The notes under the pieces: model-generated
The model's database searches: none
What the model saw: only the letters and a program-made list of their open reading frames with translations
Told to the model about the DNA's origin: nothing
Origin: Pachysolen tannophilus NRRL Y-2460
Lineage: Eukaryota
Direction of reading: 5' to 3'
Length of the DNA stretch: 64,000 bases
Assembly (NCBI GenBank): GCA_001661245.1
Contig: KV454013.1
Location: forward strand, 145,005-209,004
Shown here: positions 22,054 to 34,087 of the stretch, piece by piece
Position numbering within the stretch: position 1 is the stretch's first letter
Layout of the letters: every line of letters starts with the position of its first letter
Translations under genes and position numbers: made by a program

Positions 22054-23289
22054 TTAGTTGTTCTTCTTTTCACTGTCGGGAGTGATGTGTAAATCTTTTG
22101 ATCTAATATGGTCAATGCAATCTCCGATAAGTAAAACATTCAGTATAAAAAAACTGCAACTACTGAAAAATAAACCTGGATAAAATGTAGATATACCTAA
22201 GAACTCTAATTTGTAAGCAAATGATAACCAGATTCCCTGTGTAAGAATCCATAAGGCTAAATAAAGGAAACTCTTTGTATTTTTTTGGAAATCACGCAAA
22301 TAAAATGGTAAAAAGCATAAAAACCAAACGAAATATTGTGAAGTTATTACTTTGTTGAAAGTGACAAAGACGAATGTTTGAACGAAAAAAGTTGATATCA
22401 AATCAATCTTGGAAAGTTTTAATGGGATTATAAAGAATGAGATCAATAATTGAGGTATAAAAGCCACTGATTCAACTTTATTGAAAAAATCTTTATTTTG
22501 AATTGAAGAATTGAAATATAACGACAAGTTATAAATTGAAAAATTATGCCTATGATCAACTCTAACCAAATGGTAAATATATGATTCATATAAAAATTCG
22601 TAACCAAAATAGTAATACATAATTGATGTTAATGTGAAAAATGTTACAATACATGATACTGAAAATTTTATACTTTTCTCATTAATGAGATTATAAATCT
22701 GATGACGTTGTCCAGTCAAATAAAACAAAATTGAAGTTAAATAAATAAATGGATATATTTTGAAATGAATTGATAAGCCTAAAAAGAACCCACTGAGATA
22801 ATAGTTTCGTACAACTAACAAGAAATATATTGCCATCATTATAAGTGCAATTAATAAACTCTCAGAATTACCTCTAGAACTAATTGTTATCACCACTGGA
22901 TTCAACAACCATATTGAAGCCAAGATATTTCTTTTCAACAGAGTCAAATTACCATATTTCAGCAAGATCTTAATTATCAAGTATCCAACAATCAAATCTG
23001 TCAGCATAAATAAAAATTTCCCAAAATTTGGACTCAAAAAATTATTTGGAAGAAGTAAAACAGATAGTAAAGGTGTATATCTATAAGTTTCTCTCAAATA
23101 TGGAGATCTTCCACTGTATAAGAATCTCGAAGCATCTGTAAATACCATATAATCAACATCTGTATATTTGACTTCCATATATTTATCCTGATATAAACCA
23201 AAGCTGAAAAATGCAAGCCTCAAGATAGCTGAAACAAAAAGCAATTTCGTTGCAGACTCCATAATTGGCAAAACTTTGGAAATCACCAT
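22054..23289 (-). CDS. GPI14: GPI mannosyltransferase I (PIG-M)
   Basis: KYTDVDYMVFTDA, RETYRYTP, HFKIYP, RVDHRHNFS and FNKVITSQYF motifs; multi-pass membrane protein. Confidence 0.97.
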   Translation of the reverse strand: MVISKVLPIMESATKLLFVSAILRLAFFSFGLYQDKYMEVKYTDVDYMVFTDASRFLYSGRSPYLRETYRYTPLLSVLLLPNNFLSPNFGKFLFMLTDLIVGYLIIKILLKYGNLTLLKRNILASIWLLNPVVITISSRGNSESLLIALIMMAIYFLLVVRNYYLSGFFLGLSIHFKIYPFIYLTSILFYLTGQRHQIYNLINEKSIKFSVSCIVTFFTLTSIMYYYFGYEFLYESYIYHLVRVDHRHNFSIYNLSLYFNSSIQNKDFFNKVESVAFIPQLLISFFIIPLKLSKIDLISTFFVQTFVFVTFNKVITSQYFVWFLCFLPFYLRDFQKNTKSFLYLALWILTQGIWLSFAYKLEFLGISTFYPGLFFSSCSFFILNVLLIGDCIDHIRSKDLHITPDSEKKNN

Positions 23290-23403
23290 CTTGAATACCC
23301 TACCAATCTATAAGTTAAGTCCGAGCTCAATTGATGGATAAAATTAAAAAGAAGATTTAAAGAAAAAAGTTTGAAACTGCTGGTTGATTTCTTCTCTGCA
23401 TCA

Positions 23404-23481
23404 TTTACAGGTGAAAAATGAAAAATGAAAAATGAAAAAAAAAAAAAATTGAATAAATAGAAAAAAAAGTGAAAAATTTTT
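23404..23481 (+). promoter_or_regulatory. RRPE-like cluster in the GPI14/HGH1 divergent promoter
   Basis: Four tandem TGAAAAA units followed by TGAAAAATTTTT. Confidence 0.55.
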
Positions 23482-23545
23482 GATTTTAATAATATTGAAA
23501 CCTATATCAAGAGATTCATTTGATATTGATTAAAGAGCAGTCAAT

Positions 23546-24703
23546 ATGCCCTCTGAAATAGAAGAAGTATGTTAGTTTTTATTTTTTGAGTTTGAATTAA
23601 TTTACTAATGTTTTATCACACTATAGCTTGTGTCATTTTTACATGCAGAACAACCAGCTGTAAGGCAAATAGCCTTGGATAACTTGGTTGGATTCTCAGC
23701 TTCGGGACCTCAACAGAAAATATTTGAATATGATGGTTATCGTTCGATAAAAGATTTGAAAATTCTAGCAAGAGAGTCTAATAAGAGTATTGTCCAGAAT
23801 GCTATCACTATATTGGTCAATTTATGCGATGACTTGAAGATGAGGAAGTTAATTGCTGAAGATGATGATTTTTTAAAATTTTTGGTATCAGAGATTGTTA
23901 AATTGGATAATAGAAATGCAGATTTGATGTGTATTCTCTTGACAAATATTGCTAAAGATGATCATGTTGTAAAAATATTTGAATTTGAGTTGGAAAATTT
24001 ACAAAAAGAAGTTTTCAAAAGCAACAAGGCAATGGATTGTTTGATGGATTTATTTGTCAAAGGCTCCGAAAGAACTTTGACTAAATATGCAAATTTTGAT
24101 TACTTGTCCTATTTCTTTGCTGATATTTCAAGATTTCAAAAAGGTAGGAATTACTTCATAACCACACAAAATTATGACAATGTGGTGCCAATTTCCAAGA
24201 TCTTGGTTTTTACAGAGAAATATGACTCCAAGATAAGAAGACAAGGTGTTGCATCAACCATTAAAAACTCACTTTTCGATTCTGAAAAACATTATCAATT
24301 ATTGACTGATCAAAATATCAATTTATTACCTTATATATTGTTGCCAATTTGTGGTGCTGAAACTGATAATTTAGACGAAGAAGAGATGTTTGCTTTACCA
24401 GATGAGTTACAATTATTGCCTTCAGACAAAAAGAGAGATCCTTCAAATGAAATCATAACAATTCACTTAGAAAGTTTATTGTTATTATGTTCCACAAGAC
24501 AATGTAGAGAATATTTAAGAAGTAAGTCGGTATATCCTTTAATTAGAGAATTACACAAGTGCTACGAAGATGAATTGATTCAAGAATTATGTGATCGTTT
24601 AGTACAAATGTTGATGAGAGATGAAGCACCAACAACAGAGGAAGTAGAAGCTTTTAATAGCGATGAAGATAGCGATGATGATAAGATTGTTGAAGTTGCT
24701 TAA
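23546..24703 (+). CDS. HGH1: Hgh1 eEF2 chaperone; spliced, join(23546..23566,23627..24703)
   Basis: Exon 1 MPSEIEE, GTATGT donor at 23567, TACTAAT branch at 23603-23609, TAG acceptor at 23626; splicing restores MPSEIEELVSFLH; contains [14 protein letters not shown] and LPDELQLLP motifs. Confidence 0.93.
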
Positions 24704-24936
24704 TTTCTTTTGTTTTTGCTTTTGTTTTTGCTTTTTGCTATTCGCTTTTGGCTTTTTTGGCTTTTTGCTTGATTAATAATTAGTTAATTATTTATTTATT
24801 TTATTTTTTTTTTGATGGATGTTATTTTGACTATAGAAGAAATTTATTAAACAATTAAGAAAATAATATGAAAAAGAATAAACTTATCAGGTAACTGCAA
24901 TATACAAAAAAAAAGTTAAACTTTAGTTTTTAATAT

Positions 24937-26853
24937 TTAATTCTTTAAATATAAAAGACCATCATGATTTCTGAGACATTTTTTGAATAACTCCTTAATT
25001 CTTACTTTATTTTGAGGATGTCTGTGAATTTTTGGTTTCAAAATTGCCAACAACTCTTTTACACTTATAGGTCCAGCTTGTATAATTTGCTTGATATCCT
25101 CTTCAGTTAACAAGTCATCATCACTAGGTGTATGAGATCTAGACCTGTTAGAGTTCTTTGGAGATAAAGCAGACTTCATATCCACTTCATCTTCCTTTTT
25201 GATGATAGGAATAGTATCCATCTCTGTTTGCTCTTCTTTAACTTTTTTATCTTTTTCAGATACATCCACTGACCTCAAACCAACAAAACTTGGCCTTGAA
25301 GAATAATTATTATCCCATTCACTCTTTGGGAAAGATGCTAAAGTCTCTTTAGGAACTTTAATAGTTATCATCAAATTTTTATTTGATTTAACAACAATTT
25401 TTCTTGGTTGTGGAGATTGACTTCTATTCTTTGGAGCAATAACATTATCTTCGTTTTCTTTTTTAATTTTCGATGCTTCATTTTCATCTTTCAGAACTTC
25501 TTCATCTTCATCTTCTTCTTCTTCCTCACTTTCTGAAAGGTATGGATTTTCAGAATCATCGGTATCGTAAGCTTCATTCATTTCAGTCTTAACCAATGCC
25601 TTTCTCAATTTCTTTACATCTTTATCAACGGTTTTTCTTGATCCGAATAAATCTGCAAACTCATCGTCATCATCTTCATCTTCATCACGATAGTCCTTGT
25701 CATTTCCTAAAGCATTTGCAGAAAGCATTTCTCTTCTCATTCTTTGTTCACTGTCTCTATTTTGCTGTTCGTCTTCAATGATTGGGGCCTCTTCATCATC
25801 ATCAAATTCGTCATCATAATCTATATCTTCATTGTGACCATTATCGTCATCATTGAAATTTCCATAATCATCACCGTCATGATTTCTACCATTGCTATCA
25901 TCAGTTGAACCCACAACAGTTTTGAAATTACCACCTCTTTTCCTAAATCTTGGATCTTTGGAGCCTGATTGTTTACTATCATCTGCCATATGCTTCATTA
26001 ACCATCTTGGAACTTGGGCATTTTTTTGCATTCTAGATTCAGCTTCCTCAAGAGTCAAAGTAGCATAATTATTTCTTGGTGTAAATTTATAAACTTTTTC
26101 AGCAGGAACCATCTTAAACCCATCTTTATCAAATACAAACAATACATACGAATCTGAATTACCAGCTTCATAACTTCCAACCCAAGTATTTTTACCATTA
26201 TAATCTTCTATAACCCAAGGGTAATATTCTTCATATCGTAATTTACGTTTCTGTTCATCCATTATATTAATTTGTCTAGTTTTTTTCTTAAACAAATTTT
26301 TCTTTGGCTTTCTTGCACCACCATCAGGTGCCACTATAGACATATCAGTTTCCGGTTTATTATTTTTTTTATTCTTATTAGCTTCTTCTTTCTCTTGAGC
26401 GGCTCTTCTTTTAATCTCTTGATCTATTTCATCTTCTTCCGAATCATCAATATTATTTCCACTTCCATCAATCAGTTCACTATTTCCCAGAACACTTGAA
26501 TCATTATCAACATTAATTGAAACATTATCATCTTGCTCTTGTTTTTGTCTTTGTTTTTGTAACATCCGTTCTTTTAATTTTGCTTCTCTTTCCTCTCTTT
26601 CCTTCTTACGCTCATCAATTTCTTTCCTAGTTAACTGAAATTGCAAATTTCTAGGATCTTTTCTATGTAATCTTATTGGCCTTTCAAACTGAGTTAATGG
26701 ATCAATTTTATTCTTAGTTTGAAATTTTAAAATATGATGCCTAATACCATCAACCTCTTCCTCAGAACAACATTTTAATGTAAAATCCGTATACGCATTA
26801 TTAACTGATTGATCCCGATTCTCTTCTTTCACTTCACCTCTAGATGACGACAT
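24937..26853 (-). CDS. TFG1: TFIIF largest subunit
   Basis: PIRLHRKDPRNLQF, APDGGA...FKKKTRQ, KLRYEEYYPWVIED and MVPAEKVYKFTPRN motifs. Confidence 0.96.
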   Translation of the reverse strand: MSSSRGEVKEENRDQSVNNAYTDFTLKCCSEEEVDGIRHHILKFQTKNKIDPLTQFERPIRLHRKDPRNLQFQLTRKEIDERKKEREEREAKLKERMLQKQRQKQEQDDNVSINVDNDSSVLGNSELIDGSGNNIDDSEEDEIDQEIKRRAAQEKEEANKNKKNNKPETDMSIVAPDGGARKPKKNLFKKKTRQINIMDEQKRKLRYEEYYPWVIEDYNGKNTWVGSYEAGNSDSYVLFVFDKDGFKMVPAEKVYKFTPRNNYATLTLEEAESRMQKNAQVPRWLMKHMADDSKQSGSKDPRFRKRGGNFKTVVGSTDDSNGRNHDGDDYGNFNDDDNGHNEDIDYDDEFDDDEEAPIIEDEQQNRDSEQRMRREMLSANALGNDKDYRDEDEDDDDEFADLFGSRKTVDKDVKKLRKALVKTEMNEAYDTDDSENPYLSESEEEEEDEDEEVLKDENEASKIKKENEDNVIAPKNRSQSPQPRKIVVKSNKNLMITIKVPKETLASFPKSEWDNNYSSRPSFVGLRSVDVSEKDKKVKEEQTEMDTIPIIKKEDEVDMKSALSPKNSNRSRSHTPSDDDLLTEEDIKQIIQAGPISVKELLAILKPKIHRHPQNKVRIKELFKKCLRNHDGLLYLKN

Positions 26854-27096
26854 TTAAATTCAATTCCTACAATTAATTTAAAATAATTATTAAATAATAT
26901 AAAATTCAATTAAATTACAATATTTTCTTTCTCTATATAAAAACTCGTTGTATCAAGTTGATGCCATGTTTTTGATCTTTTGCGCACTACCGCAAATTAT
27001 AATTATTCAAACTCAACGAGACAACGAGACAACGACGACGACGATAACTAGTGGCCAAGGATATCGAGGATATCGAAAATAACGGTTCTAGAAGAT

Positions 27097-29202
27097 CTAC
27101 ATTCCTCCCTTTTGGGCCCAATAATCTCTTCTTGCATTCTTGTCTATCTTTGATGCTCTGGCGGTCTCACCATCTGATGTGTCTGAGGGTTGGTCATCAG
27201 CATTTGTCTTTTTGGTAATGCCATTTTTATCATTATCATTGTCATCGTCATCACTTTCATTGTCTTCTGTTTGTATTCCCATCAAGTCATCAACTTTTGG
27301 TTTCTTGTAGCTTTGTGATTCGTCTATTATCTTGGCAAATTGCAGAGTTTCTTCATTTTTCTTTTCTGATTCAGAATCTGAAGAATAATCCGAATAATAA
27401 TGAATATCATTTTCGCTTTTCAATTTCTTTGAATTCGTTTTCCCCATTACAATCTTGGTATTACGATGCTCACTAGGTAATGGTGGCAAAGTTCCTGTTT
27501 TTTTCAAATGTAAAGTTCGTATTTCCTTGGTTTCTTCATCTTCCTCATTCACAACCAAAGCTTCATTTATAACTTGATTTCTCTCATCTTCAAATGATCT
27601 TTCTTTACCTTTATATTTGATAACACCTCCTAATATTGACTGATTTAATCTACTCTTGTATGATGCCTGATTTAATTCGTAACATCTATTTACTAACAAT
27701 TCAAAAGCACCTCCAAATGATCTCTTAATATCTCTTATGTTAAATGAACCTCTACTTATATTATTTGTCATATCATCAGGATCTTCTATAGCAAGTGAAA
27801 AAGTATTTCTCAGTAACATATCAGGATTACTTCTTTTCTGTAAATAACGTGGTTCGCCATTTCTAAAACAAATCAGTACATTATCATACCCAAAATTATA
27901 ACCATAAAGTTCAAAAAATTCAATCAATAATACACCCAAATTTTCTAAAGGATCAATGGACTTGGTTGCAATTCTTGGATGAAGTTTTAAAAAACTATAC
28001 ACCAAGCATATTATAGAATATCCTCCTAATCCTCCAACGTGTACATTGTTCAATCTTCTAACAGCTAAAAATTGTTTAACTATTAATACCAATTCCCGTA
28101 AACCTGGAGTTTCTTTTAACCATGTCCTAATATTCTTGGCTGCAGTAAGTCCGTTGGTTCTTTCAAAGGATATATCAATATGAATCCGAGATTCTGGTTC
28201 CACAAATTTGATAATGGGCACTTTTGCCTTTGCTACTGTTTCAACTTGTATCGCTAAATCATTGTTTCTCAAAAATGCAGAGAGTTGATATAAATGGGAT
28301 CGCGTATCATATTTTTCACTTGGTGAAGTTATAACCATATCAATATCAGATCCTGGAAGATATAAATCAGTCGCAAACGATCCAAATACATGTACCTCAC
28401 AATCTTCCCATAATCTAGTACATATTGCGTATCTTAATTTCCTTACTGCTTCATTTCTCAGTTCAATCTCTTCTTTGGAAGGTGAAATATATTTGATAAA
28501 GTCTTTAATTTCTAAAGTTAACCAGTCTGCAATTTCAATTTGTTTTGAGTGATCATTATTTTTAATCCAGGGGAAATCAGAATTTACCGTATTTTTGCTC
28601 TTGGCTATATGTAATGACCCATCATCATTACTCAAATAAGCATCATCTTCATCAAAATTATCATATTCAAAATTTTTGTCCTTGCTAAAATGGCCATTTT
28701 CACTATTAGATTCAATTTTTTCATCTTCATCTGATGAAAAATCAAATCCAATAAAATCTTCATTATTTGTCAACCCATTTTCTTCTGGAACTTTACTTTC
28801 TGTTATGGTATGATTAGTTTCTTTACTTTCATTCTCAACTGTTGAAATATTTTGTCTTTTCTGTGCTGTTTCTATTATTTGTGGTGATTCAATCTCTGAA
28901 TCTGAATCAAGTAGCACCATTACATCTTGTTTAGTATTACTATTAGAATCTTCATCGGTTGAACTCGCAATTGATATATAATCTGAATCATCAATATTCA
29001 GTAATGGCTTGAAAGAATTCCCACTCATCACTGAAGGAGGTGATAATATTTTATCATCTTTCTTCTTCTGCTTTTTAAGGTTGGTTCGACTAGATTTCAA
29101 TTTTGAAGAATTCGATACAGACGATAAACTTGAAGTACTTCCATTTTTACTTAATTTATTATCCGATCTCTTTCTTTTCTTATTGCTCTGTTTAAGGTCC
29201 AT
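27097..29202 (-). CDS. PAP2: TRAMP non-canonical poly(A) polymerase Trf4/Trf5
   Basis: FGSFATDLYLPGSDID nucleotidyltransferase motif, AKVPIIKF, LNNVHVGGLGG, NNISRGSFN. Confidence 0.96.
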   Translation of the reverse strand: MDLKQSNKKRKRSDNKLSKNGSTSSLSSVSNSSKLKSSRTNLKKQKKKDDKILSPPSVMSGNSFKPLLNIDDSDYISIASSTDEDSNSNTKQDVMVLLDSDSEIESPQIIETAQKRQNISTVENESKETNHTITESKVPEENGLTNNEDFIGFDFSSDEDEKIESNSENGHFSKDKNFEYDNFDEDDAYLSNDDGSLHIAKSKNTVNSDFPWIKNNDHSKQIEIADWLTLEIKDFIKYISPSKEEIELRNEAVRKLRYAICTRLWEDCEVHVFGSFATDLYLPGSDIDMVITSPSEKYDTRSHLYQLSAFLRNNDLAIQVETVAKAKVPIIKFVEPESRIHIDISFERTNGLTAAKNIRTWLKETPGLRELVLIVKQFLAVRRLNNVHVGGLGGYSIICLVYSFLKLHPRIATKSIDPLENLGVLLIEFFELYGYNFGYDNVLICFRNGEPRYLQKRSNPDMLLRNTFSLAIEDPDDMTNNISRGSFNIRDIKRSFGGAFELLVNRCYELNQASYKSRLNQSILGGVIKYKGKERSFEDERNQVINEALVVNEEDEETKEIRTLHLKKTGTLPPLPSEHRNTKIVMGKTNSKKLKSENDIHYYSDYSSDSESEKKNEETLQFAKIIDESQSYKKPKVDDLMGIQTEDNESDDDDNDNDKNGITKKTNADDQPSDTSDGETARASKIDKNARRDYWAQKGGM

Positions 29203-29517
29203 GACAAAAACTCCTATTATCCTATCCTATCTTATCTTATCTTATCTATATTGATAACAAGGCTCTACTTCACTTCACTTCACTCCACTTTACGAAGATT
29301 TTTCAAATTTTTCAAATTTTTCAATTATTTTAATTTTTTAAATTTTTTTAATTATGTTTTTTTTTCTCTCTATTTAATGAAGGTAAAACGAAATGAAGAA
29401 AAAATGAAAAATGAAAAATTTATTAATTTAAACTAAAACTATATGATTTAAATAAAAGTATTTTGTTAAATTTGAACCATTTATCAACATCTATCAAGTG
29501 TGAGATGATGGATGATT

Positions 29518-30774
29518 TTACATTAAAGATGCCAAGACTTGATCTATTGCCTTTAATAGAGCATCCGAAGCATATTCGTAATCTTCTATACAATTATAAA
29601 CTTCTGATGAAAAACGAGCATAAAGTTTACCATTATGATAATCCAATGGGACACGAGTCTTGTATTTAGAAATTGTTATATCTTCAACTGTTGATTTAAG
29701 TTTCTTGTTATAGTCATCTTGAGATTTGATGATATCAATGAATTGAGGAGTTAGAGGAACTTCAATACTAACCATACTAGTTATTAAAGTGTTATCTTTG
29801 TTTTCTAAATATGATGTCCCCCATTTTGTTGAAACTAATTTTGCCACTTTTAAAGCCAAGTTATGATTATGATTACGAATTACATCTTCACCTCCGCATA
29901 TTTCATTTCTGAAAAAAATAGCATCAATTGCAGTAACATAAGGTGCAAGACTCATAGTGCCTATATAAGCAAATCTATCAATTAATCTTTTTTCTTCCAA
30001 TTCAGGAGTTGGTAAATCATAATCATCATCAAGATAACTATGAGAAACTGGTAAAGTATGAATTTTTTTATGATGTTTTTTATCTACATATAAAAATGCA
30101 CAACCTCTAGGACATGAAAACCATTTATGTAAATTTGAACAATAAAAATCTGGTTTTAAAGTATTTAAACTGTATGGAATTAAACCAATTGAATGAGCAC
30201 CATCAACAAGACTTAATACATTATATTCATGACAAAGTTGAATAATTTTTTCAAAAGGAAGTCTAACACCTGGCATTGAAGAAACTGCATCAAATAAAGC
30301 TAAAGTAATTTCATTTTTTTCGAAAATTGATTTAAATTTTGAAATAACTTCATCATCTGTTAATGGATAATTTAATTGAATTATAACAATTTCAATTCCA
30401 ATTTTTTTAGCTAAAAATTTTACAGTATTATTACAAGCACCATAAGTAGTTGATTGTATTAAAATCTTATCATTTTTTTTAAATGGATAAGATCTTAAAA
30501 TTGTATTAACAGCTGTAGTTGCATTTGTAACAAATACAAGATTATTTGGATCAGCATCAACCACTTTTGCAACTTGCACAGCAGCATTTCGAACCAGGTT
30601 TCTACCTTCATCTTTTAAATATCGATCTGGAAATTTATAATCTTGATCAATATTTTTAATTAATGCATCTCTAACATATTTAGGAATAGCACCAAATGAA
30701 CCATTATTAACAGGCACAACGCCTTCTTCAAAGCTATAGTACTTTTCTCTAAATTCTTTCCCAAACAGAGTCAT
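29518..30774 (-). CDS. PLP-dependent class-V aminotransferase-fold lyase, Egt2/LolT-like
   Basis: NNGSFG, FVTNATTAVN, VDGAH and PLP lysine SNLHKW..CPRGCA; first ATG at 30774. Confidence 0.85.
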   Translation of the reverse strand: MTLFGKEFREKYYSFEEGVVPVNNGSFGAIPKYVRDALIKNIDQDYKFPDRYLKDEGRNLVRNAAVQVAKVVDADPNNLVFVTNATTAVNTILRSYPFKKNDKILIQSTTYGACNNTVKFLAKKIGIEIVIIQLNYPLTDDEVISKFKSIFEKNEITLALFDAVSSMPGVRLPFEKIIQLCHEYNVLSLVDGAHSIGLIPYSLNTLKPDFYCSNLHKWFSCPRGCAFLYVDKKHHKKIHTLPVSHSYLDDDYDLPTPELEEKRLIDRFAYIGTMSLAPYVTAIDAIFFRNEICGGEDVIRNHNHNLALKVAKLVSTKWGTSYLENKDNTLITSMVSIEVPLTPQFIDIIKSQDDYNKKLKSTVEDITISKYKTRVPLDYHNGKLYARFSSEVYNCIEDYEYASDALLKAIDQVLASLM

Positions 30775-31120
30775 TACTTTACACCACAATTTCTCCAATT
30801 CAAATAAACATCTAGTTATTCTTTAAAAGAAAAAAAAAGAAAAATTAATGTTATCGGCAACCAAATTAAATTTCAGAAATTGATAACTGTAATCCACTGT
30901 GGTGTGGGGTGTTGAAACAAATATAGTGGTGTGAGTGGTGTGAGTGGTGTAAAATAGTGGTGCAGGGTGTTGTGTTTTTTCTTTTTGTCCTTTTTTTTAA
31001 ACTTCTTTAATAATTTTCGGGCCGTCTTATCCAATCCAACCGTCACGCGGCCGTTGAAAAAAATAAAAACTTCTTGCGTTTTAATCACTACTTATCCATA
31101 ATAAAAATAACTGAGCAAAA

Positions 31121-31158
31121 GCAAGGCAAGGCAAGGCAAGGCAAGTAAGGCAAGGCAA
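31121..31158. repeat. (GCAAG)n pentanucleotide microsatellite
   Basis: Five perfect units followed by degenerate units. Confidence 0.85.
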
Positions 31159-32029
31159 ATAAGTTCCTTTAATTTAGTATTTTTTAACTACCCGCCTCAT
31201 CCAGTTATTTTATTTATTTACATGATAATTATTTATTTAATAATTAGTAAATATATACATCAACAGGAAAAACATTACTTGGCATAAAACTAATAATTAT
31301 ACAAGAGAGAAAAAAAAAAAGAGAAATATCTAACTAACATTAACAAACTTGTTAATATTAATTAACTTCTCTACCTGCATAAAGTTTATCTTCGCTTGCA
31401 CTTTAAAAGACAATTTAACCGATATTTAACATCATGAACTCATCTCGATGGGTTTCAATTAAACTGATTTATTAAACTTTTAAAGTGCAACGTGCACAAA
31501 CACGAACACAAACACAAATATATATACTTTCTAGTTAACTTAATATCATTCACATGGTCTTTGTTATCTTTGTTTTTACCCCTCCTACCTCCACCTCATC
31601 TCTTTTATCTCTATATCTCTATATATCTCTATATCTTATGTTATTGCATACACACGTGTAAAAATACAAAAAACTTTCTCTTTAACTTTTTAATTTTTTT
31701 TTGCTTTTTCTGTTTGTTTCTTTGCTATACATATTATCAAAATTAAAAAAATAATAAACAGTTCAGGGTTCAAAAACCCAATTTTATGCGATATTCCTTG
31801 GCAATTTTAATAAAAATTATAGAAAACCCATAGAAATCCGTTTTCTTAAAAGAACTCGTTAAAATGTATTAAAATGTATGATTTTCTTGCTCTTTTTCAT
31901 AGTTTTTTATTTTATTTTAAAAAATAAAGTATAAAACCGTGCGGAAATTCAGTGGTTCGAGATATGTATGCCAATTTATAAACTACCGCAAATATCCACA
32001 ATTTTTAAGCACATTTCTTTTAATTTGAA

Positions 32030-32065
<36 letters not shown>

Positions 32066-32402
32066 GTATATATATAATATATATTTAAAAGGAAGAGATA
32101 TAGTTTTATTTAAAAGTGATTCTATAGACTAAAAGATTAAATAGGCAAAAAAAAAAGAAAAAAGGGGAAACAGTTTAAGGTCAAAAAGATAAAAAAAAAG
32201 TTGATTATTGGCGCTACGCTTTGTGTATCTAGTTTGCAGTTTCCAACTCTTTTTTTTTAATATCTATCTTTATATATTATTTTTTTTTCTCTTTAACCAA
32301 CTCAACCCGCCCATCCCCGTCAGGAGGAAACATTTTTTTTAATTTTTTGTTTTTAAAATTTTATTTTGAAGAAGAAGAATAAGAATAAAAAAAGAATTAA
32401 AA

Positions 32403-33563
32403 ATGAGTATATTTGATGTTGCTGGGCAAACAAAGGCCAGAACACCGTTAATGTTTGATCAAGAATCACAAACTAATCAATTGATTGATGATGAGGAATC
32501 ACATTTAAATGATAGAAAATTGAGGGAATATCAATTTCAATTTATTAAAAAATTAATACAATCAAATAGTAATTTGAAATTTTTTTGTGTATTGATAGCT
32601 GTTGTTCTTTCTGTTACATTGATACAAATATATATTGGAATCATGAAATTACAAGATGGATCTAGTCTGTTATTATTATCAAATTATAATGTTCAATCTT
32701 TAACTAAAGATGTTAATGTTTTACCAATTCATTCCCATAATGATGAATGGAGGAAAAATCCATTTTTTGATGCTTTAAGATCAGGTGCAGGTTCAATTGA
32801 AGCAGATGTTTGGTATTTTGATAAAGATCCAGATATGTTATTTGTTGGACATAATAAAGTTTTTTTAGAAAAAGTTAAAAATATTGATAATTTATATTTA
32901 AATCATCTTTATAATTTATTAGAACAAACAAATGAAGAAACTCGTTTTCTTTCTAAAAATGAAATTGAAAGTTCTAAAAATGGTGTTTTTTATAATTCTC
33001 CAGAAACAAGTTTAAATTTTTATTTTGATATTAAAAATGAAAATGGTATACCAGCAATAAAAGTTTTAGAAAAAAAATTATTAAAATTTTTAGAAAATGG
33101 TTATTTAACAACTTATGATTCAACAACTCAAATTTTTAAACAAGGACCTTTAACAATAATAATAACAGGTAATGCTCCTTACGAATATCTTTCACAAAAA
33201 GAATTAAGATATATGTTTATAGATGCTCCTTTAGCAGGACTAGATACTGAAGATGAAGCTGAAGTTATTAAATTTGGTGCAAAATATCCAGCAAAGAAAA
33301 TTTCAATAACTGCTTCAGGATCTTTATTAGAATTAACAAGTTCTTCACCAAGGGAAACATTTTTTGGAGGTTTAAGTAATGGTCAATCATCTCAAATTCA
33401 AGCTGCAATAAGTGTTTGTCATAGATTTGGTTTACAAATAAGAATTTGGGAAACTCCACATTGGCCTGTTTTTATTAGAAATAAAGTATGGAGACAACTT
33501 TTAGATCTTAAAACAGATATTTTAAATGTTGATGATTTAAAAGGTGTAACTGGATTATTTTAA
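32403..33563 (+). CDS. AIM6: Aim6 PLC-like phosphodiesterase
   Basis: PIHSHNDEWRKNPFFDAL, SIEADVW, LFVGH, IIITGNAP and RIWETP...LNVDDL motifs; N-terminal TM. Confidence 0.9.
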   Translation: MSIFDVAGQTKARTPLMFDQESQTNQLIDDEESHLNDRKLREYQFQFIKKLIQSNSNLKFFCVLIAVVLSVTLIQIYIGIMKLQDGSSLLLLSNYNVQSLTKDVNVLPIHSHNDEWRKNPFFDALRSGAGSIEADVWYFDKDPDMLFVGHNKVFLEKVKNIDNLYLNHLYNLLEQTNEETRFLSKNEIESSKNGVFYNSPETSLNFYFDIKNENGIPAIKVLEKKLLKFLENGYLTTYDSTTQIFKQGPLTIIITGNAPYEYLSQKELRYMFIDAPLAGLDTEDEAEVIKFGAKYPAKKISITASGSLLELTSSSPRETFFGGLSNGQSSQIQAAISVCHRFGLQIRIWETPHWPVFIRNKVWRQLLDLKTDILNVDDLKGVTGLF

Positions 33564-33825
33564 TTAGATCCGCTTTTATCCGTTCCGTTATTTATTTACT
33601 ATAGATGAGTTTTTAATTGCTTATACTATTCCCGTTCTATTTGTTTTCTTTTTTTATTATTATTATTATTTATATTATTAATGTTTGTCAGTTAATGTGT
33701 TTTATGGTGCAATTTATCATTATCTTTGGACCAATTGAGTGAGTGAGTTTATTATTGTTTTTCTTTTAAAAAAAATAAAAAATAAAAAATAAAGAAAAAA
33801 AAAAAAAAAAAAAAAAAGGGAAAAG

Positions 33826-34087
33826 NNNNNNNNNNNNNNNNNNNNNNNNNNNNNNNNNNNNNNNNNNNNNNNNNNNNNNNNNNNNNNNNNNNNNNNNNNN
33901 NNNNNNNNNNNNNNNNNNNNNNNNNNNNNNNNNNNNNNNNNNNNNNNNNNNNNNNNNNNNNNNNNNNNNNNNNNNNNNNNNNNNNNNNNNNNNNNNNNNN
34001 NNNNNNNNNNNNNNNNNNNNNNNNNNNNNNNNNNNNNNNNNNNNNNNNNNNNNNNNNNNNNNNNNNNNNNNNNNNNNNNNNNNNNNN
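33826..34087. other. Assembly gap
   Basis: Run of N next to a poly-A tract. Confidence 1.

Noticed and set aside
31940..31975. tRNA suggested by a GGTTCGA T-loop-like motif
   Set aside because: No T-stem, acceptor stem or A-box; no tRNA(CAG) was seen in the window
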